In this document: positions 42,775 through 57,577 of the stretch, piece by piece
How positions within the stretch are numbered: the first letter of the stretch is position 1
How the letters are laid out: each line of letters starts with the position of its first letter
NCBI RefSeq assembly: GCF_009914755.1
Contig: NC_060938.1
Origin: the human T2T-CHM13v2.0 reference genome, Homo sapiens
Length of the DNA: 64,000 bases
Reading direction: 5' to 3' (one strand)
Made by a program: the position numbers and the translations under genes
Notes under the pieces: model-generated
The model's database searches: none
Seen by the model: only the letters and a program-made list of their open reading frames with translations
What the model was told of the DNA's origin: nothing

Positions 42775-44834
42775 GCCTTGAAAATTTACAAGTAGGTTCA
42801 AAGCAAACATGGTATGGAAGAGGGCTGGAAAGGAAAGGTAGCGTGCCAGCAGGCAAGCAGGGAAAATATATGCTGCAGTCACTGTTAACATTCTGCATGT
42901 TTCCTTCCGGTCTTCATTTTAAGCATTAGCATGGTTCAGATCACATTCTGTTTGACATTTTTGCCCTGCTTTGTTTGGTTTAACACTATAGGCTATGCAT
43001 TTTTCAAGATATAAAAAAAAATTAGATTTCCCAACTTCTTTCAATAGAATGCATGTTATGGTGCCCAACTCTTGGGGAGAAACTCCCCTATGTTGAAATC
43101 ATTGCTGAGTCCTAAATGTAGGCCTCATAGGGCTCAAATCTGGATTTATTTCATTGAGTCGTTGGTGGAGATCGATCTTGAAAATTTATTTATAAAGAAT
43201 CCAATTTTTAAAAGTTTGATTTGTAATGTGTATAACTTATTAAATGATAAAAGAAATCAAAGCATAGTCATTAATTTAATTGGCTCTAGAATCAAACTGC
43301 TTTAAATGCCAGTCCTGAGTCTTTCTATCTGTGAAGTTGAATTGTTCACTTAGCTTCCTGAAACTTTGGTGTAACATAAGGAGTGTAATAGGTACTTGGT
43401 AAATAGGATTAGTGGTAGTTTTTATTGTAGCTAATTATAATATTTGACAACTGTTAAGTCCTTATCATGGTCCTGACACTCTACTAGGACCTTTATAAGG
43501 ATATCATTCTTTTAATCATCCCCAAATTCTTAAGAAAATATTATAGTACGATACTCCTGATTTTAATTATGACAAAACTGAGATCACACTGTTAGAATAT
43601 AGCTGATTGAGGGTTTGGTCCCAGGTTTGTCTGACATAAAAGTTCACATTCTTATTCGATTTGCTGCCACTTAGTCATTATTAGAAATAACAGTTTAACA
43701 TCTGTACTGATATTAGACTAGGATGCTTAATTCCATGTGGGCAAGTCTTCACAGACAATCAAACTGCATAAAAACATAGAACTGGGAAAGGGAAATTGTG
43801 TTCTTGATGATTATTTGCATCATATTGTGGAATTCAGAACATTTCAGGTCTTCCTTCTTAACACTCAGATGAGGCCATTTAGAATTAAAATGTCTTTAGC
43901 CATTATAGAATTAGAGTATCTTGCCCATACTCCAAACTATTTATATTTTCATTCTCTGTTGACCTAGATCTTCTGATTTTTATGTGTTTGCTTTATTTCA
44001 ATTCCAACATATGTCATACAGCACGGTGGACGAGACCACTAATGTGTAATGGGGTGGCCTGTGTTCAAATCATGACTCTGTCCCTTAATATCTATGTTAC
44101 CTTGGACATGATAATTACAGTGCTTCTAAAGTGCAGATATTTTGTAGGTCCTATCTTGTAAGAATAAATTTTACAAACATAAATTGAATAATAATAAATT
44201 GAATGTGTAGTGGTGAAGTTTAGGAGATATGGCACATGATGGCCCTGCCGGCTACTCTTCGATATTACTTTCAAAAAGTTAAAAACATGACTCATACAAA
44301 TATAATTATTATAAAGTTAAAAACAAAACACTCATGCAAATATAGAATGAATGTGTGTCAAATTTATTTAACTCCATAATGAGAGAAACAAGATGGTAAC
44401 AGTGTAAACAAGATGACAAAAGACTATTTGAAGAACTGGATATTTATAGGCCTTAAGAATATTAAAATACAAATTTTAGATTTAAAAGTGGTAAATGTCC
44501 TACAAAGCAAAAATCTCTTAACCTTTGGTGTTATCTTTTCTATGGAACATCTGTGCTGAACAAAAATCTACAGGTTCAGAGGGCATCTTCTGTACTCTGG
44601 GCCCCCGCTAACAATAAATGTCAGTGCCAGTCACAGGTTCTTCTCCCATAGAGCTAAATGTTTCTCGGGTGGGCCTGTTAAACAGTGTCCTTTTATAACA
44701 TTAGAAAGACACATGATTTTTTTCCCCTAACTTTTGCCCTATGTTTTGGATAATTTTTATTAATTTATATTCAGTTTCATTTTTCTTTTTTACCTTGAAT
44801 ACCTCTTTCATACACAATTACGTTTTTTAACCGC

Positions 44835-45040
44835 TTAACAGTGTGCCCCAATGTGCTGAATTCATTGTCATTTAAACCCCACGGCAACCCTAAAAGTAGA
44901 TACTATTGTGATACCAGTTTCATAGATGAGAGAACTGAGACAGAAAAGTCAAGTGATTTGCTCAAGGTGACAAAACTATTAGGTTGAGGAACAAAGATTC
45001 AGAGTTATGTTAGTCTGACTGCAAAGTCTGGGCTCTGGAC
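44835..45040. mobile_element. MIR
   Basis: ccagtttcatagatgagagaactgagacagaa...tgatttgctcaaggtgaca. Confidence 0.7.
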
Positions 45041-46279
45041 TGCCAATATCTTCTTAATGCCTCAGGGAAAGTTTCCTGATGAGAATTCATCTGAATTCAT
45101 AGGGGTTTAGATTCACATTAGCCACAGAGCTTAACGACTTTTGTTAGCATCAATTATACTGTAATTTCTAGTGTCTGTGTTATTCTTTTGGGGGGGATGC
45201 TATTTTATTTTATTCACTTTAAATGAGGGCATTTAAAGTAGGACTGATTTGCTCGGGGAACAAGATCAGAATTTCCATCAAATAAGTGCCATTTTGCAGG
45301 TTTGGTACATCTAAGCAGGGAGGAGGCTGAGTCCTGAGAAGTCAGTGAGGCTGAGAGGGGCAGCATAGCTCCATGATAACCAGGTCCCAGAAGGCGAGAC
45401 AGATGCAAAAGAAACGTCAGGAGTGGCAGCACCAAAGGTTATTTCTCTGCATCTGTTTTTATTCTCGGGCCCACAGATATTCCATGGAGCCAAAGGGAAG
45501 TCAGAAGATAACAATGAAACCCAGGGTCTTCTAAGAGCAGAATGAAGCTAGCGGTACTCTTAGGAACAGTTCTATAGATGTGGGTTGTAGCTTGTTGCCC
45601 ATGGGAATCACACTTGCTTTTAAGTTCCATCAATATTAAGAAGGGATGATTTGGAGTATTCTCAAGCTTTATCAGGGCTAATATTAATATGTGTGCAATA
45701 CTAAACCGATTCAGCAAGAGCCAGGACTGCGTGCAGCTTTGTTTTTCACAACCCTCCCTGAAAATAAGCTGGGACTCATAGGTGACACATTGGTTTCTAC
45801 AAACCCCAGTAGACACTTGGTCCTATGGTTCAAGAAAAAATAGTCTCCATAATTCAAAGGCATATAGCTTATCATGGATTATCATAAGCTGTTGGAGTTT
45901 GTGGCCTCAATAATTTCATTTCCACCATCTTCCACATGCTATATTTGTAGACCATTTTCATTGCTGTGTTTAATTATAGCCCATTCATTTCTGGTGTCCT
46001 TGGCTAGTTACTTACTTAAGGTGACGGCAATAATCCACTTAGAGCCTATTGCTTCACGGAAGACAATTTTTGTATTACCATGTTAGTCACATACAGGTGC
46101 AATTCCAACATATTTTTCAACATGGACATAATTTCCTATAGTTATTTCCACATCTAAAGGCACAAGAAAGATCTAAATTACTTTACTTTGTCTTGTAAAA
46201 TAGAAATAATAAATATAATTTTGTTCTTTTCATTTATTTTTCTCCTCTACTTTCTTTTTAGGGAAGGAAGAGATCATTT

Positions 46280-46560
46280 TTTGAAGGTGGTAAAATTTAC
46301 ATCCAGCAAAATGCATAGATCTTACATGCATTATCACAAATGCTTATACCCAAGTAACCAACACCAGTTAAGATAAAGGATAGTTTCATCTTCTCAGAAA
46401 CTTTTCTTGTTCCCTTTCCGGTTAGTTCTTCTCTTTAAGGTCATTGCTGTTTGAATTTGTATCAGCATTTGTTATTTTTGTCTCTTCTGGAGTATATATA
46501 AATGGAATCATACAATATGTGATCTTTTAGGTCTGTTTTCTCCAGCTCCATGTCAGCTCT
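46280..46560 (-). mobile_element. Old L1 (L1M/ME) 3' relic
   Basis: tatataaatggaatcatacaatatgtgatctttt and acccaagtaaccaacacc..ttaagata. Confidence 0.6.
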
Positions 46561-47205
46561 GCATTCTAGCCAGCTGAGAGTCTCTTCTGAGTCTTAGCTC
46601 CATCTATATAACTGCAGGAGTTGGCTGGATTCCAGCTGGAACCTTCCTGCCTGCTCCATGATGCAGAAATTCTCTCCAGGCAGTAAGCTGGAGCAGTCTT
46701 AAATCTCACAGTTTATCTTCTCTATTTCAGAAACCACTGCTCTTCTTTGCCTGATGTCTCATGTCTCATGAGCCATTGTTTCATGTGTTGTCATTTTCCC
46801 GGTTATATCAGGTCAGTTGTAGTTCCAGTCTTTGTTACTCCATTTAGGTTGAAAATTGATGCCAACCTATTCTTTTTTACCTGACTTCACCTTTGCACTG
46901 TGAGATTAGGGTGAAGGTAGCAGGAGAAGACATAACATGTAATGGGCTGTGCTTCAAGCCGCAAATTCTAAGGGTTTTCTGAGGCTTTACATCAGTCCCA
47001 GAGTGATCTGGCAGTATGTAATATTCTACAACTGTTTTATTTATTCATTTATTTTAGGGAAAAGCCTTCAACTCCAGTGATAATCCCTCTGTAGTCAAAG
47101 AACCTTCTTGGCCAAAGAAAACGTTGCAAGAAGCTGCGCAAAGCTAGTTAAAGACTTGCCAATGTGTCTCTATCAAGTATTTATTAATTTGAGTGTTTCT
47201 GTTAG

Positions 47206-47505
<300 letters not shown>

Positions 47506-50500
47506 TACATTACTTTTTACTTCCACTCCCTCTGAAAACACTTGATTAAGCTCAGTGATTGCAGGCATTGATTTGACTTGAAAAGCTAGTGGTTCTTATT
47601 ATTTTCTTCACTTAGAATTATAGTTTATTTTCTCAACCTACCCTTTTCTTGTGGATCTTTGACCACTGATTCATGTCCCTTTGCCAAGTGAAATTAACAA
47701 ATGTTTTCAAACAAAGAATTTGGAGACTTCAGAAAAGTGGAGTTGTTTCTATACCTTGTAGTGTTTTGGCCATTGACTGTCCTTATTTTGATCACCAGGC
47801 ACTGGTTTGCATTTATGATTTTGCTACATGCCTACGGAAGAAATGAAGGAACCTTGCATTATTGGTACCTTTGATTTAACTGAGTTTTTTTGGATATGGA
47901 AATTATAAAAGCTCACTGCTGAAAATGTGGAAAACACATAAAAGTATGAGGCAGTAGGAAAAAAACATGCTTAATTTCATCAACTATTAATATGACCTTG
48001 TTTCAGAATATGCATGATGTCAGGCACATAACAGATACTCAAAATATATTTGTTGGTTGAATGACTGAGTCTTGCATATTTTCAGCATCTGAGTTGTGCA
48101 AAGATCTTAGCTTTCTTTTCATGAAAAGAACACTAACAGTTTTACTAGGACTAGGTGTTTTCTTGCCAGAAGAAATGCTTTTAGGCATATGGGAATTATA
48201 ATAAGTATCCCAATATGAAATTTCCTTCTTCAGATAAAAAATGAAAATGTCAAGATGGTTCCATTTCTTTTCAATCTTGCCCTTCTCCTTTCTCAAAGAA
48301 AGCCTTGCTGTTTCTGAACAGTCATTCATACATACATCTATATAAAAGGGAAATGGTTTTACAGCGGATCATGGTTGGAGGGAAAACACCGCTATAACAT
48401 AATATGGGAAAAGAGCCTCTTGGTCCCAGTTTCTTCTGTGGCACTCACTTCCAAAGTGATGTTGTGGTTTATTTCACAAGATGAGATTTCTTGTAACAGT
48501 CTAGTACTCTAGTGATCGAGTGAGATAGTAGAACTTTATCGTCAATCATCAAATCCCACAGTTTTATGTTGACCAAAATCAGTACTACATGATTGAAGAA
48601 GTTGGATGCATTATATACTGAAAATGTAAAACACAAAATTCCCCTGATTTTTTTCACACCCTGGATTGCAAATTTTTATTTCCCTGTAGGAGAATTCAGT
48701 CAAACCTTGTAAACTGTAACAACTCTCAGGAGCATTGGTAAGAAACAATATCATCTAACTTCAGGCATTATTTCCTGGTAAATTAACTACATGCTCTTTG
48801 AAATCAGCCCTTTACTAAATCTAAAACTGCAGTTTTACTCAGATATTCTTATGTGAGTGAAATCAAATGCATGTATGTGCATACATATGTAATATAAATA
48901 AATATAAGTTTTCTTTAGGAGTTTTCCCAATTCTTCTGAGATGATTTTTCTATCCAAATACCTTTGTTTCTATGTCTTAAGGAGTTATAGCTTTCGGTTG
49001 CATCTTAGTCCATTGGCAAGACTTGTATTTCTGTAATTTCTGTAAAGGTAAGGTATCTACTTGGGCCACAGATCAGGTATCTGTCTGCCTTTGTGGATGT
49101 TTGGCATAAAGCCCCTTTATTCCACCTAAATTCTCGATATTTGGGGTATGATTTTATTTCTGTAAAAAAGGATTTAGGCAGGGAGGTGTCATCTGGATTT
49201 TATCTGCCCTTAAGAGTAAGTGTTCTTTCTCCTCTCCCTATCTAAAATTTCCATGTGATTCCCTCACACTGGCACTAAAGTGTGTCATCTGGTTAGAGCT
49301 CACATCAGTGCCCTGCTGCTGGTGGAGGTTGCGGGAGGTGAGCTTTAGAAAAGGGCCTGCAGCTCAACATACATGTCATGGACACAATCGTATTGTCCCC
49401 AACTCATGAAAATTCCTGAGAACAGAGCAAATCAAAAATAATATGTTAAAACAAGAAAGTTTAGTGAAACAAACTCTCGGTATTGTTAGAGGCTTTATTC
49501 TAATCCCTACAACACAGCACATGTATTCTCAACATCTAACATATTTAATTTGCATTTGGATTCCTTTAGCATATTGTCCTATTATATAAAGTTTAATGAA
49601 CAATAAACACAGCTATAACCAAATTTCACAGCTATTTCTCAGTGTGGGGTAAGATTTTGCATTTAGTTATATTTGGTTTCCTAGGTAATATTTGATTGTG
49701 GCTCTATTTCCTGAAGCTGCATCTCTTGTCACATGGAATCTTTTGGTGGCGGATTCTGCCGACCGAGGGGAAGCCAGGAAGGAGTAAGTTGCTTTGAAAC
49801 CACTGAAGCCATGATAGTGAAGAAGACTTCACAGTCCTTGACAGTCTTTGAGCTCTCCATTGTTGTTCTCCAGGCTTGTATTTCTGAAATCTACTGTATG
49901 TACTAGTTCCAGATCAGTCTTGCCCAAATACCATTTTTATCCTGTCATTCCTCTGCTCGTGAACCTTCAATGACCTCTTCTCAATGTAGTCCAAACCCTA
50001 CACTTGGCTTTCAAGGTCTTCCAGAATCTGTTTTTCAAAAGCTGTCCCTCGAACCACATTTTCTTGAATATTCATGGCTTTCTATATTCTAATAAGGTCA
50101 GGTTTCTCGCTGTCACTAGCACATTCTGTCGTCATTATGCTCCATGCCCTTGCAGCTGTACTTCTTTCTCCCTGGAAGGCGCTCTTCTCTGGATCTATAC
50201 CCCTTTGGGGTTCAGCCCAAGTCTCACCTATTTTCCCGAGTCTTCTTTGGTCAGTTAAATCCATACTCATGCCTTATCCCAAATCCCACTGCATTTATAT
50301 TCAGTGCTGAGAGACACTCTGGCTTGGCATCTAAAGGGAATTAGCGTGGACCTGAGAGTAAAAGGTCAGTTCAAGTTCTGGCTTCTTTTCTTTCTAATTT
50401 TTGTGGCATTTGTCAATTAATAGAAGGTGATCTTACTATGGAAGTCTCACAACAGTCTCAGCTTTGTTAACAAAGATTATAAATAATGGGGGCAAAGCAG

Positions 50501-50835
50501 AGTATTGGGCCTGGGAAAGAGTTTTTGTAAAGCTTCAGGTAGAACCTTATGTTAGAAATGTAAAACCTCCTCTAAAGAAAAATGTTACCAATAAATAAAG
50601 CAAGTAGGATTTTGAGTAGATTATCATTTTTGTTGTGTATTCACCCTGTTTCCTAGAGAATCAACTTTCCTACTTTGTGCTTACTATAGTTTCCTCTAGA
50701 GTAGGGGCTAACTGTGTAGAAGAGGTTGTGTGTGGGTCGTAGGGTTACTGGGATTAGACTATTCAAATAGCACAAATATTCTGTGTATTCTGATTTCAAA
50801 TGTAAACATATTCCTGATTGGAAATGTGTATATGT

Positions 50836-51504
50836 ATTTTTTATTTTTAGTTCTGGGGTACATGTGCAGGATGTACAGGTTTGTTACATAGGTAAACATA
50901 TACTACGGTGGTTTGCTGCACTATCAGCCTATCACCTAGGTATTAAGCCCAGCATCCATTAGGTATTTTTCCTAATGCTCTCCCTCCTCTGATCCTATCC
51001 CCTGACAGGCCCCAGTGTGTGTTGTTCCTCTCCCTGTGTCCACGTGTTCTCTTTGTTCAGCTCCCACTTATGAGTGAGAATATGCAGTGTTTGGTTTACT
51101 GTTCCTGGGTTAGTTTGCTGAGAATAATGGCTTCCAGCTTCATCTACGTCCCTGCAAAGGACATGATCTCATTCCTTTTTATGGCTGCATAGTATTCCGT
51201 GGTGTATATGTATCACATTTTCTTTATCCAGTCTCTCGTTGATGGGCATGTGGGTTGATTCCCTGTATTTGCTAATGTGAATAGTGCTGCAATGAACATA
51301 CGCATGCATGTATCTTTGTAATAGAATGACTTATAGTCCTTTGGGTATATACCCAGTAGTGGGATTGCTGGGTCAAACGGTATTTCTGGTTCTAGATCTT
51401 TGAGGAATTGCCACACCGTCTTCCACAATGGTTACACAATTTACATTCCCACCAACAGTGTAAACGTGTTCCTGTTTCTCCACAACCTTGCCAGCATCTG
51501 TTGT
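50836..51504 (-). mobile_element. L1PA 3' fragment (ORF2 C-terminus plus 3'UTR)
   Basis: ORF 51213-51428 WKTVWQFLKDLEPEIPFDPAIPLLGIYPKDYKSFYYKDTC is L1 ORF2p C-terminal sequence. Confidence 0.93.
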
Positions 51505-51588
51505 GTTTTGATAAGTCCGTATAATTTAATTAGAAACCTAAGTAGGTTTTGGAGGACCTACTACCTTTACTTAAACATCCTGAATTTT

Positions 51589-51765
51589 ATTTATTTGTTT
51601 ATTTTAGAATTGGGGTCTTGCTCTGTCACCAAGACTGGAGTGCAGTGGCTATTCACAGCTGTAATCATAGTGTATTACAGCCTCAAGCTTCTGGGCTCAA
51701 GCGATCCTTCTGCCTCAGCCTCCCAAGTAGCTTGAACTACAGGAACCCATCACAGTACCCAGTAT
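51589..51765 (-). mobile_element. FAM (fossil Alu monomer)
   Basis: The minus strand reads ...gaggctgtaatacactatgattacagctGTGAATAGCCACTGCACTCCAG. The 7SL-type CTGTGAATAG segment is absent from dimeric Alus. TSD ATCCTGAATTTT at 51577-88 and 51766-77. Confidence 0.82.
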
Positions 51766-52876
51766 ATCCTGAATTTTTAAGGCAGCCTCTCCAAGAACAT
51801 TCTGAGGTGTTCTGGTGTCTTTAGTAATCTTATCTCCTAATTTTGGTTCTTGCCTGGAATGAAGAAAATTACTGGTCTGTGAATCTTTGGCTCTTGTCAT
51901 TGTAAGACTTAGGGAACAATGCTGCAATTTTTGCAGCCTCTGTAATGACCAGAACTTTCAATACACAATCTTAACTTTGTAGATATTAACTTATTTTTAA
52001 ATCTGCTCATTTAAAGCCATAAAATGTAATCTAATTTAGTCTTTACAATGAAATATTTACAGTAGATAATTTCACAGTCACTGCTCCCTAATTCAAAACG
52101 CTTTGAGCCTGAAGCTCTAAGGCCAGGCCAGCTTGAGTCTGATACTGATGTGCTTTAACATGAAACGTGAGACCAGGAAGTGGAAGACCCGTAGCCAAAC
52201 TCTCATCCTTATTCACAGTAAATTTCTTGACAGAAGAAACCAGGGAACTATGGGGTTTCTGGTTTATTATCTGAGTGGTCTAATGCAGGAATTATTGCCT
52301 GCCATGGGGAGATGATTGCAGATCACTCTCCGGTGGAGTTTGACTGAACAAGAAGCCACATCCCAGGTCTCAGGAATAATGTTATTCCACACCCTCCCTG
52401 TTACTCAGGGGTGCTCTATGATGGGCTCAGCTGCCGAACATTAGGGGATTCGACCAAAACCTTAATCATGGCGATTTTGATAATCAGTTCCAATGAGCAG
52501 AATCCTGTGGGCTCTGTGAAACCCGTGAAGCTGATAGTATTGAAGGAAATGAAATGTGATAAGTGTGATTGCTTGACATGCCAGAAGGGGGTTGGTGGAG
52601 AAAGAATTCAAAAAAGAAAATTTAGCTATCTTAAAAACTGGCACTTCTGAGAATAATTATGTAGGGAATTTGCACTTTCATACTCTAGGTGTTTCTGAGA
52701 ACAAACACATCTTAAGAATTTAGTTAGAATATGTAGATAATAAAGATTTAAACTGATTGCCAAGGGTCCTCACACAGGAATGATTTTTCTTTTATAGTTA
52801 ATTTATTAATTTGAGTAAAATGTGATTCATTTACTTCTGAGCCTTTGCATGGTGTTCATATAAATAGTGTTGATAA

Positions 52877-53164
<288 letters not shown>

Positions 53165-56144
53165 AATAGTGTTTGTAATTTCTGATGACAAATATTTCAT
53201 GCTAAATAAGTAGCCGACCAGGAATGAACAAGTAATTACCAACAGTGGGGCACACTGTTGTTTGATGGTATATGTTTTCCTAACATGAACAAACTCCCTT
53301 ACAACTTCAACATCTGTGCCTTAACTAAAATCTGGACATGCTGCATTGAGAGAGCATCTCTTGGAAGTCTCCTTTAGTGAAGGATGCTTTTTTCCTAATG
53401 TTTTAAATTCCTGGAGTCAGACCTTGATTCTACAATCATTCTTCAGTGATGTTTCTTCTTTTAAGGTCACGTATTTTTTATATGCTGTCGCCCCGTCCTC
53501 ATCATTAGCATTTATTGACCTTCAGGATGTAAAAAATACTCTGAGTTCTTCCCTTGTAGCCTTCTTCTCACTCCATCCTTTGCATTGTCCTTGGTGACTT
53601 AAGTTTTCATGTTGTATTTTTTCCTAATAACCTGATTTCCTCAAATACCTGGCCACGTAGCAAAGGGAGTTTCTATTGCTGGTACTGCTTCCTAAGTTTT
53701 CAGTTCTCCCATACCTTAAACCTCCTGACACTACTTTCTGTGTCAATAATCTCAAATGTTTCACTAGCCTCCATGTGGCAGTTGGAGTTTCTAGTCTAGA
53801 ATACAAATGGTATTCCCACTAATACGCAGGAGCTCTTGCCTCATGACTTGATACACTATCCAAATTCCAAAGACATTCCCTTGCTCGGTTTCTTGGCCCC
53901 TGCCTTACAGCTAGAAAAAGTCATGTACTTGGCAATTACTTCCTGTAAATCCATATCCTCTTACCTTAGCAATGCCCTCAGTATGTTCTTTTTTGTGGCC
54001 ATCTAAGCTTTGTCCCTAAATTGTGACCATTTTCTTTTCTACTCAATAATATCTCATTTTCTACGTTGGTAGTTAGTACTTACTCAGTAGAAGTTATCTG
54101 ATGAGAGTCTTTCTTCATATTTCTTTGTGTCAAAATGCATTTTTATGTTTAAACATCTCAAACCTCCCTGGCAATTAAGACATTTTGGGACTTTTCTCCA
54201 AACATAACATTCCATTTAAGTCTGGGACTCACTTTCATAAACCCATGCACCTGTGGGAAAACTCTCTTCCCCAACGTGCCCTAAACTTTATTGATTTGGG
54301 CTTACCTTCCTTACCTTGTTCATCTAGATATGTTCAATGGGCCTTGTACTGAATATTTGTGTGGTGTTTACATGTTTATACATGTTTACCTGTGTGTGAC
54401 TTTTTTTTTCTAATTTGAACCAGGACTATGTGATTATTTTACTTGTACATTTCTTAGAACAGTGTCGGTCCTCAAAAAAAACGAGTGGGTTTCTTACTCT
54501 CTTTCCTTTCTTTCACTAAATATTTCATCATTGTAGCACTGATCTTACACATATTTGTTAATTTTTCTGGCTCATTGTCAACTGTGAGTTCTACAGGGTA
54601 GGTACAATGCCTCGTTTATTTTTATATTCCCGGTCTCTGTATCAAACCTACATAGGATTTGCAGGAAATGAGCCACTGGGAGTTTTTGAGCAAGTGTGTG
54701 ATATGCCCAAAGATATGCCTTAGAAAGATTCCTCCTGGCAGAGTGTGAGAAGCAGGTTGAGAGAAAATAGTAAGCTTTGTTGAGAGAAGATTGTAAGCCT
54801 TTCTGAGAGCAGACAACACGTGGCTGCATAAACAGACCCTAGTGCAATGTCTGATATATAGTGCAGATTCAATGAATATTTTGGGGAAGAATGAGCAAAA
54901 TCAAGAAAGCTATTAGGAGGCTCTTGAAAATAGGTGTGGTAAATGGCAAAAAACAAACAAACAAACAAACAAACAAAAACCCCAAAAGCATGAACTAAAG
55001 TGTCAGTACTGGTAATTTTAGGGTTAGCCTCAACTTTAAAAATAGAATATAAGCTGCTACATACACATGGGCACAGCCAATTATAGTAGTCAAAGTATAG
55101 TAGTCAAAGAACTGGTGAAATGGCAAACATTTAAGAAATTTACTCCATTTTTAACTTTATAAGATTTGATTATTATTCCTTTATAGCCTTAGCTTTTTTT
55201 TTGTTTTTACAATTAAAGATGTTTTTAAGTTAAAATAATCCACTTATATTAGAGCCTCTTTTTCTATTATCCAGACAGCACATATTATTCTATCCATTAA
55301 AAAATGTGACCATTAAAAATGGCTAGAATAGCTTAATAATATAATATCATATTTATTCTATGATTTCCAGTGGAATGAACTGTTATGGTCTCCCTGATTG
55401 ATTATAATTTTAATAAACTTGGTTGTGTGTGGCTAGGAACAAGTTCATTCCAAGTTCATTTTTTCCCTGATGTAGATAAAATTCCATCAGCTAAGTTCTG
55501 CTACTGTGCCCCATCTCCAGACTTCTAGCTAAATGAAGTACTACAGGGCTCTGATTCTTGCTCAAACTCACTACTGCTAAACTGAAATGCTTGAGGTATT
55601 CAAAACTGTTATTTTCTGCGTCAATTTGATATATGTGCAGCATTTCTTTTTTAAAAGGACATGTTCTGAATGTTTAGAGTGTGTAGATAACCACTCCCAC
55701 CCCCCAACACACTCACGTAACAGAAGAAACTTTGGATACTTTTATTGTGTAAACTTACAGAATTTGTGTCAAAGAAGTTCATGTGGCAAAGACATCAGGT
55801 GTATCAAATATTTTGGTGGTTTTGTTTAAATTCAGAGTGAGAATTAACCAAGCATCTACAATACGTACACCTGCTCTGTATTCTAACCCTTTTGTTCATG
55901 GCATGCACATTAAAACACGTAGCTCCACTTCGCTGCATTGTTGATTGCAGTTGATGATGAGGGTTGTCGTTTCTGTCAACTTTTAGTATTGAAGAGAAGC
56001 CTCATGTGTAGTGATGTTAGGGACAGTTCAGCCATGTTACATACCTAGAATTGTCTCTGAAAAAAAAAAGTCATGAACTTTTTTTTTTTAAAGGCAATAG
56101 AAAGCAATCAACCAACCAAACAAACAAACAAAAAAAAACAAAAA

Positions 56145-56506
<362 letters not shown>

Positions 56507-57253
56507 TTACCACCCCTGAGAAGGTAGGTACAAGGTTGACTACTACTTACCTCTTAATCCTATGATTTTCTGGTTCTGTGGCTTAGAAGGTTTAAGCTCT
56601 GTCAAGTGGCTCAAGCAGGACAGCCCAAGGTGACTCCAATTCTCTGTGACTTTGTTTTCCCATGTGGGAAGTAAACCCTACCGCTGTGTTGTAAACTGTT
56701 TAGATATCCACATAAGAAGGGGTTATTCGGTATTTTGGGGGGGCTTAAGATAAAAGCTATCTCCATTTGAGAAATTAGAAAACCATTTCTACAAATCAAC
56801 TCTGTTAAACCTTGTCGCCCCAAATCAATTTAGGACAAAAAGCAGCAGCACATTACTTTTTTAAAAGCCCAATTCAATTTTAAAGTTTTGAAAAATTTCA
56901 AGCAAACATAAAGGACAGAAAATGTTAAACATCCTTGTACTCACCACTCTTAACAAGCGTCAACATTTTGCCACATTTGCTGAATACTATAACTTACTTT
57001 TTTGCTTTTTAAAGTTTTTATTATTGAACACAGACAAGTACTATATGTTAATATGTGCAATGTACAAGAATAATGAAATAGTCATATGTCTACTACCCAA
57101 CTTAAGAGTTATAGATTTATTTTTTAAAGAAAAAGTATAATTACTTTGAGCTTGCCAGCGTAAGTTTCCTCCTACTCTCTCCCTGCAAAAAAAATAGTTG
57201 TGTACAAAATAAAATTCCTGGGGTTGACATTCAGATGACCCCAATGAATCTGA

Positions 57254-57577
57254 TTTTTTTTCTTTTCTTTTTTTCTCTTTGCTTTTTTTTTTTTTTTTTG
57301 ACAGAGTTTCGCTCTTTTGCCTAGGCAGGAGTGAAGTGATGTAATCTCAGCTTCCTGCAACCTCCACCCCTTGGGTTAAACTGATTCTCCTGCCTCAGCC
57401 TCCCGAGTAGCTGGGATTATAGGCGCCCACCACCACACCTGGCTAATTTTTGTATTTTTAGTAGAGATGGGGTTTCACCATCTTGGCCAGGCTGGTCTTG
57501 AACTCCTGACCTCATGATCCACCCGCCTTGGCCTCCCAAAGTGCTAGGATTAAAGACGTGAGCCACCACGCCTGGCC
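57254..57577 (-). mobile_element. Alu (Sg-like)
   Basis: Full dimer in antisense with a long T-rich tail. Confidence 0.93.

Noticed and set aside
44275-44345. Short imperfect tandem duplications (also ~9339-9381, ~42006-42046, ~55082-55109)
   Set aside because: Two or three copies without spacers; ordinary slippage duplications, not CRISPR-like arrays
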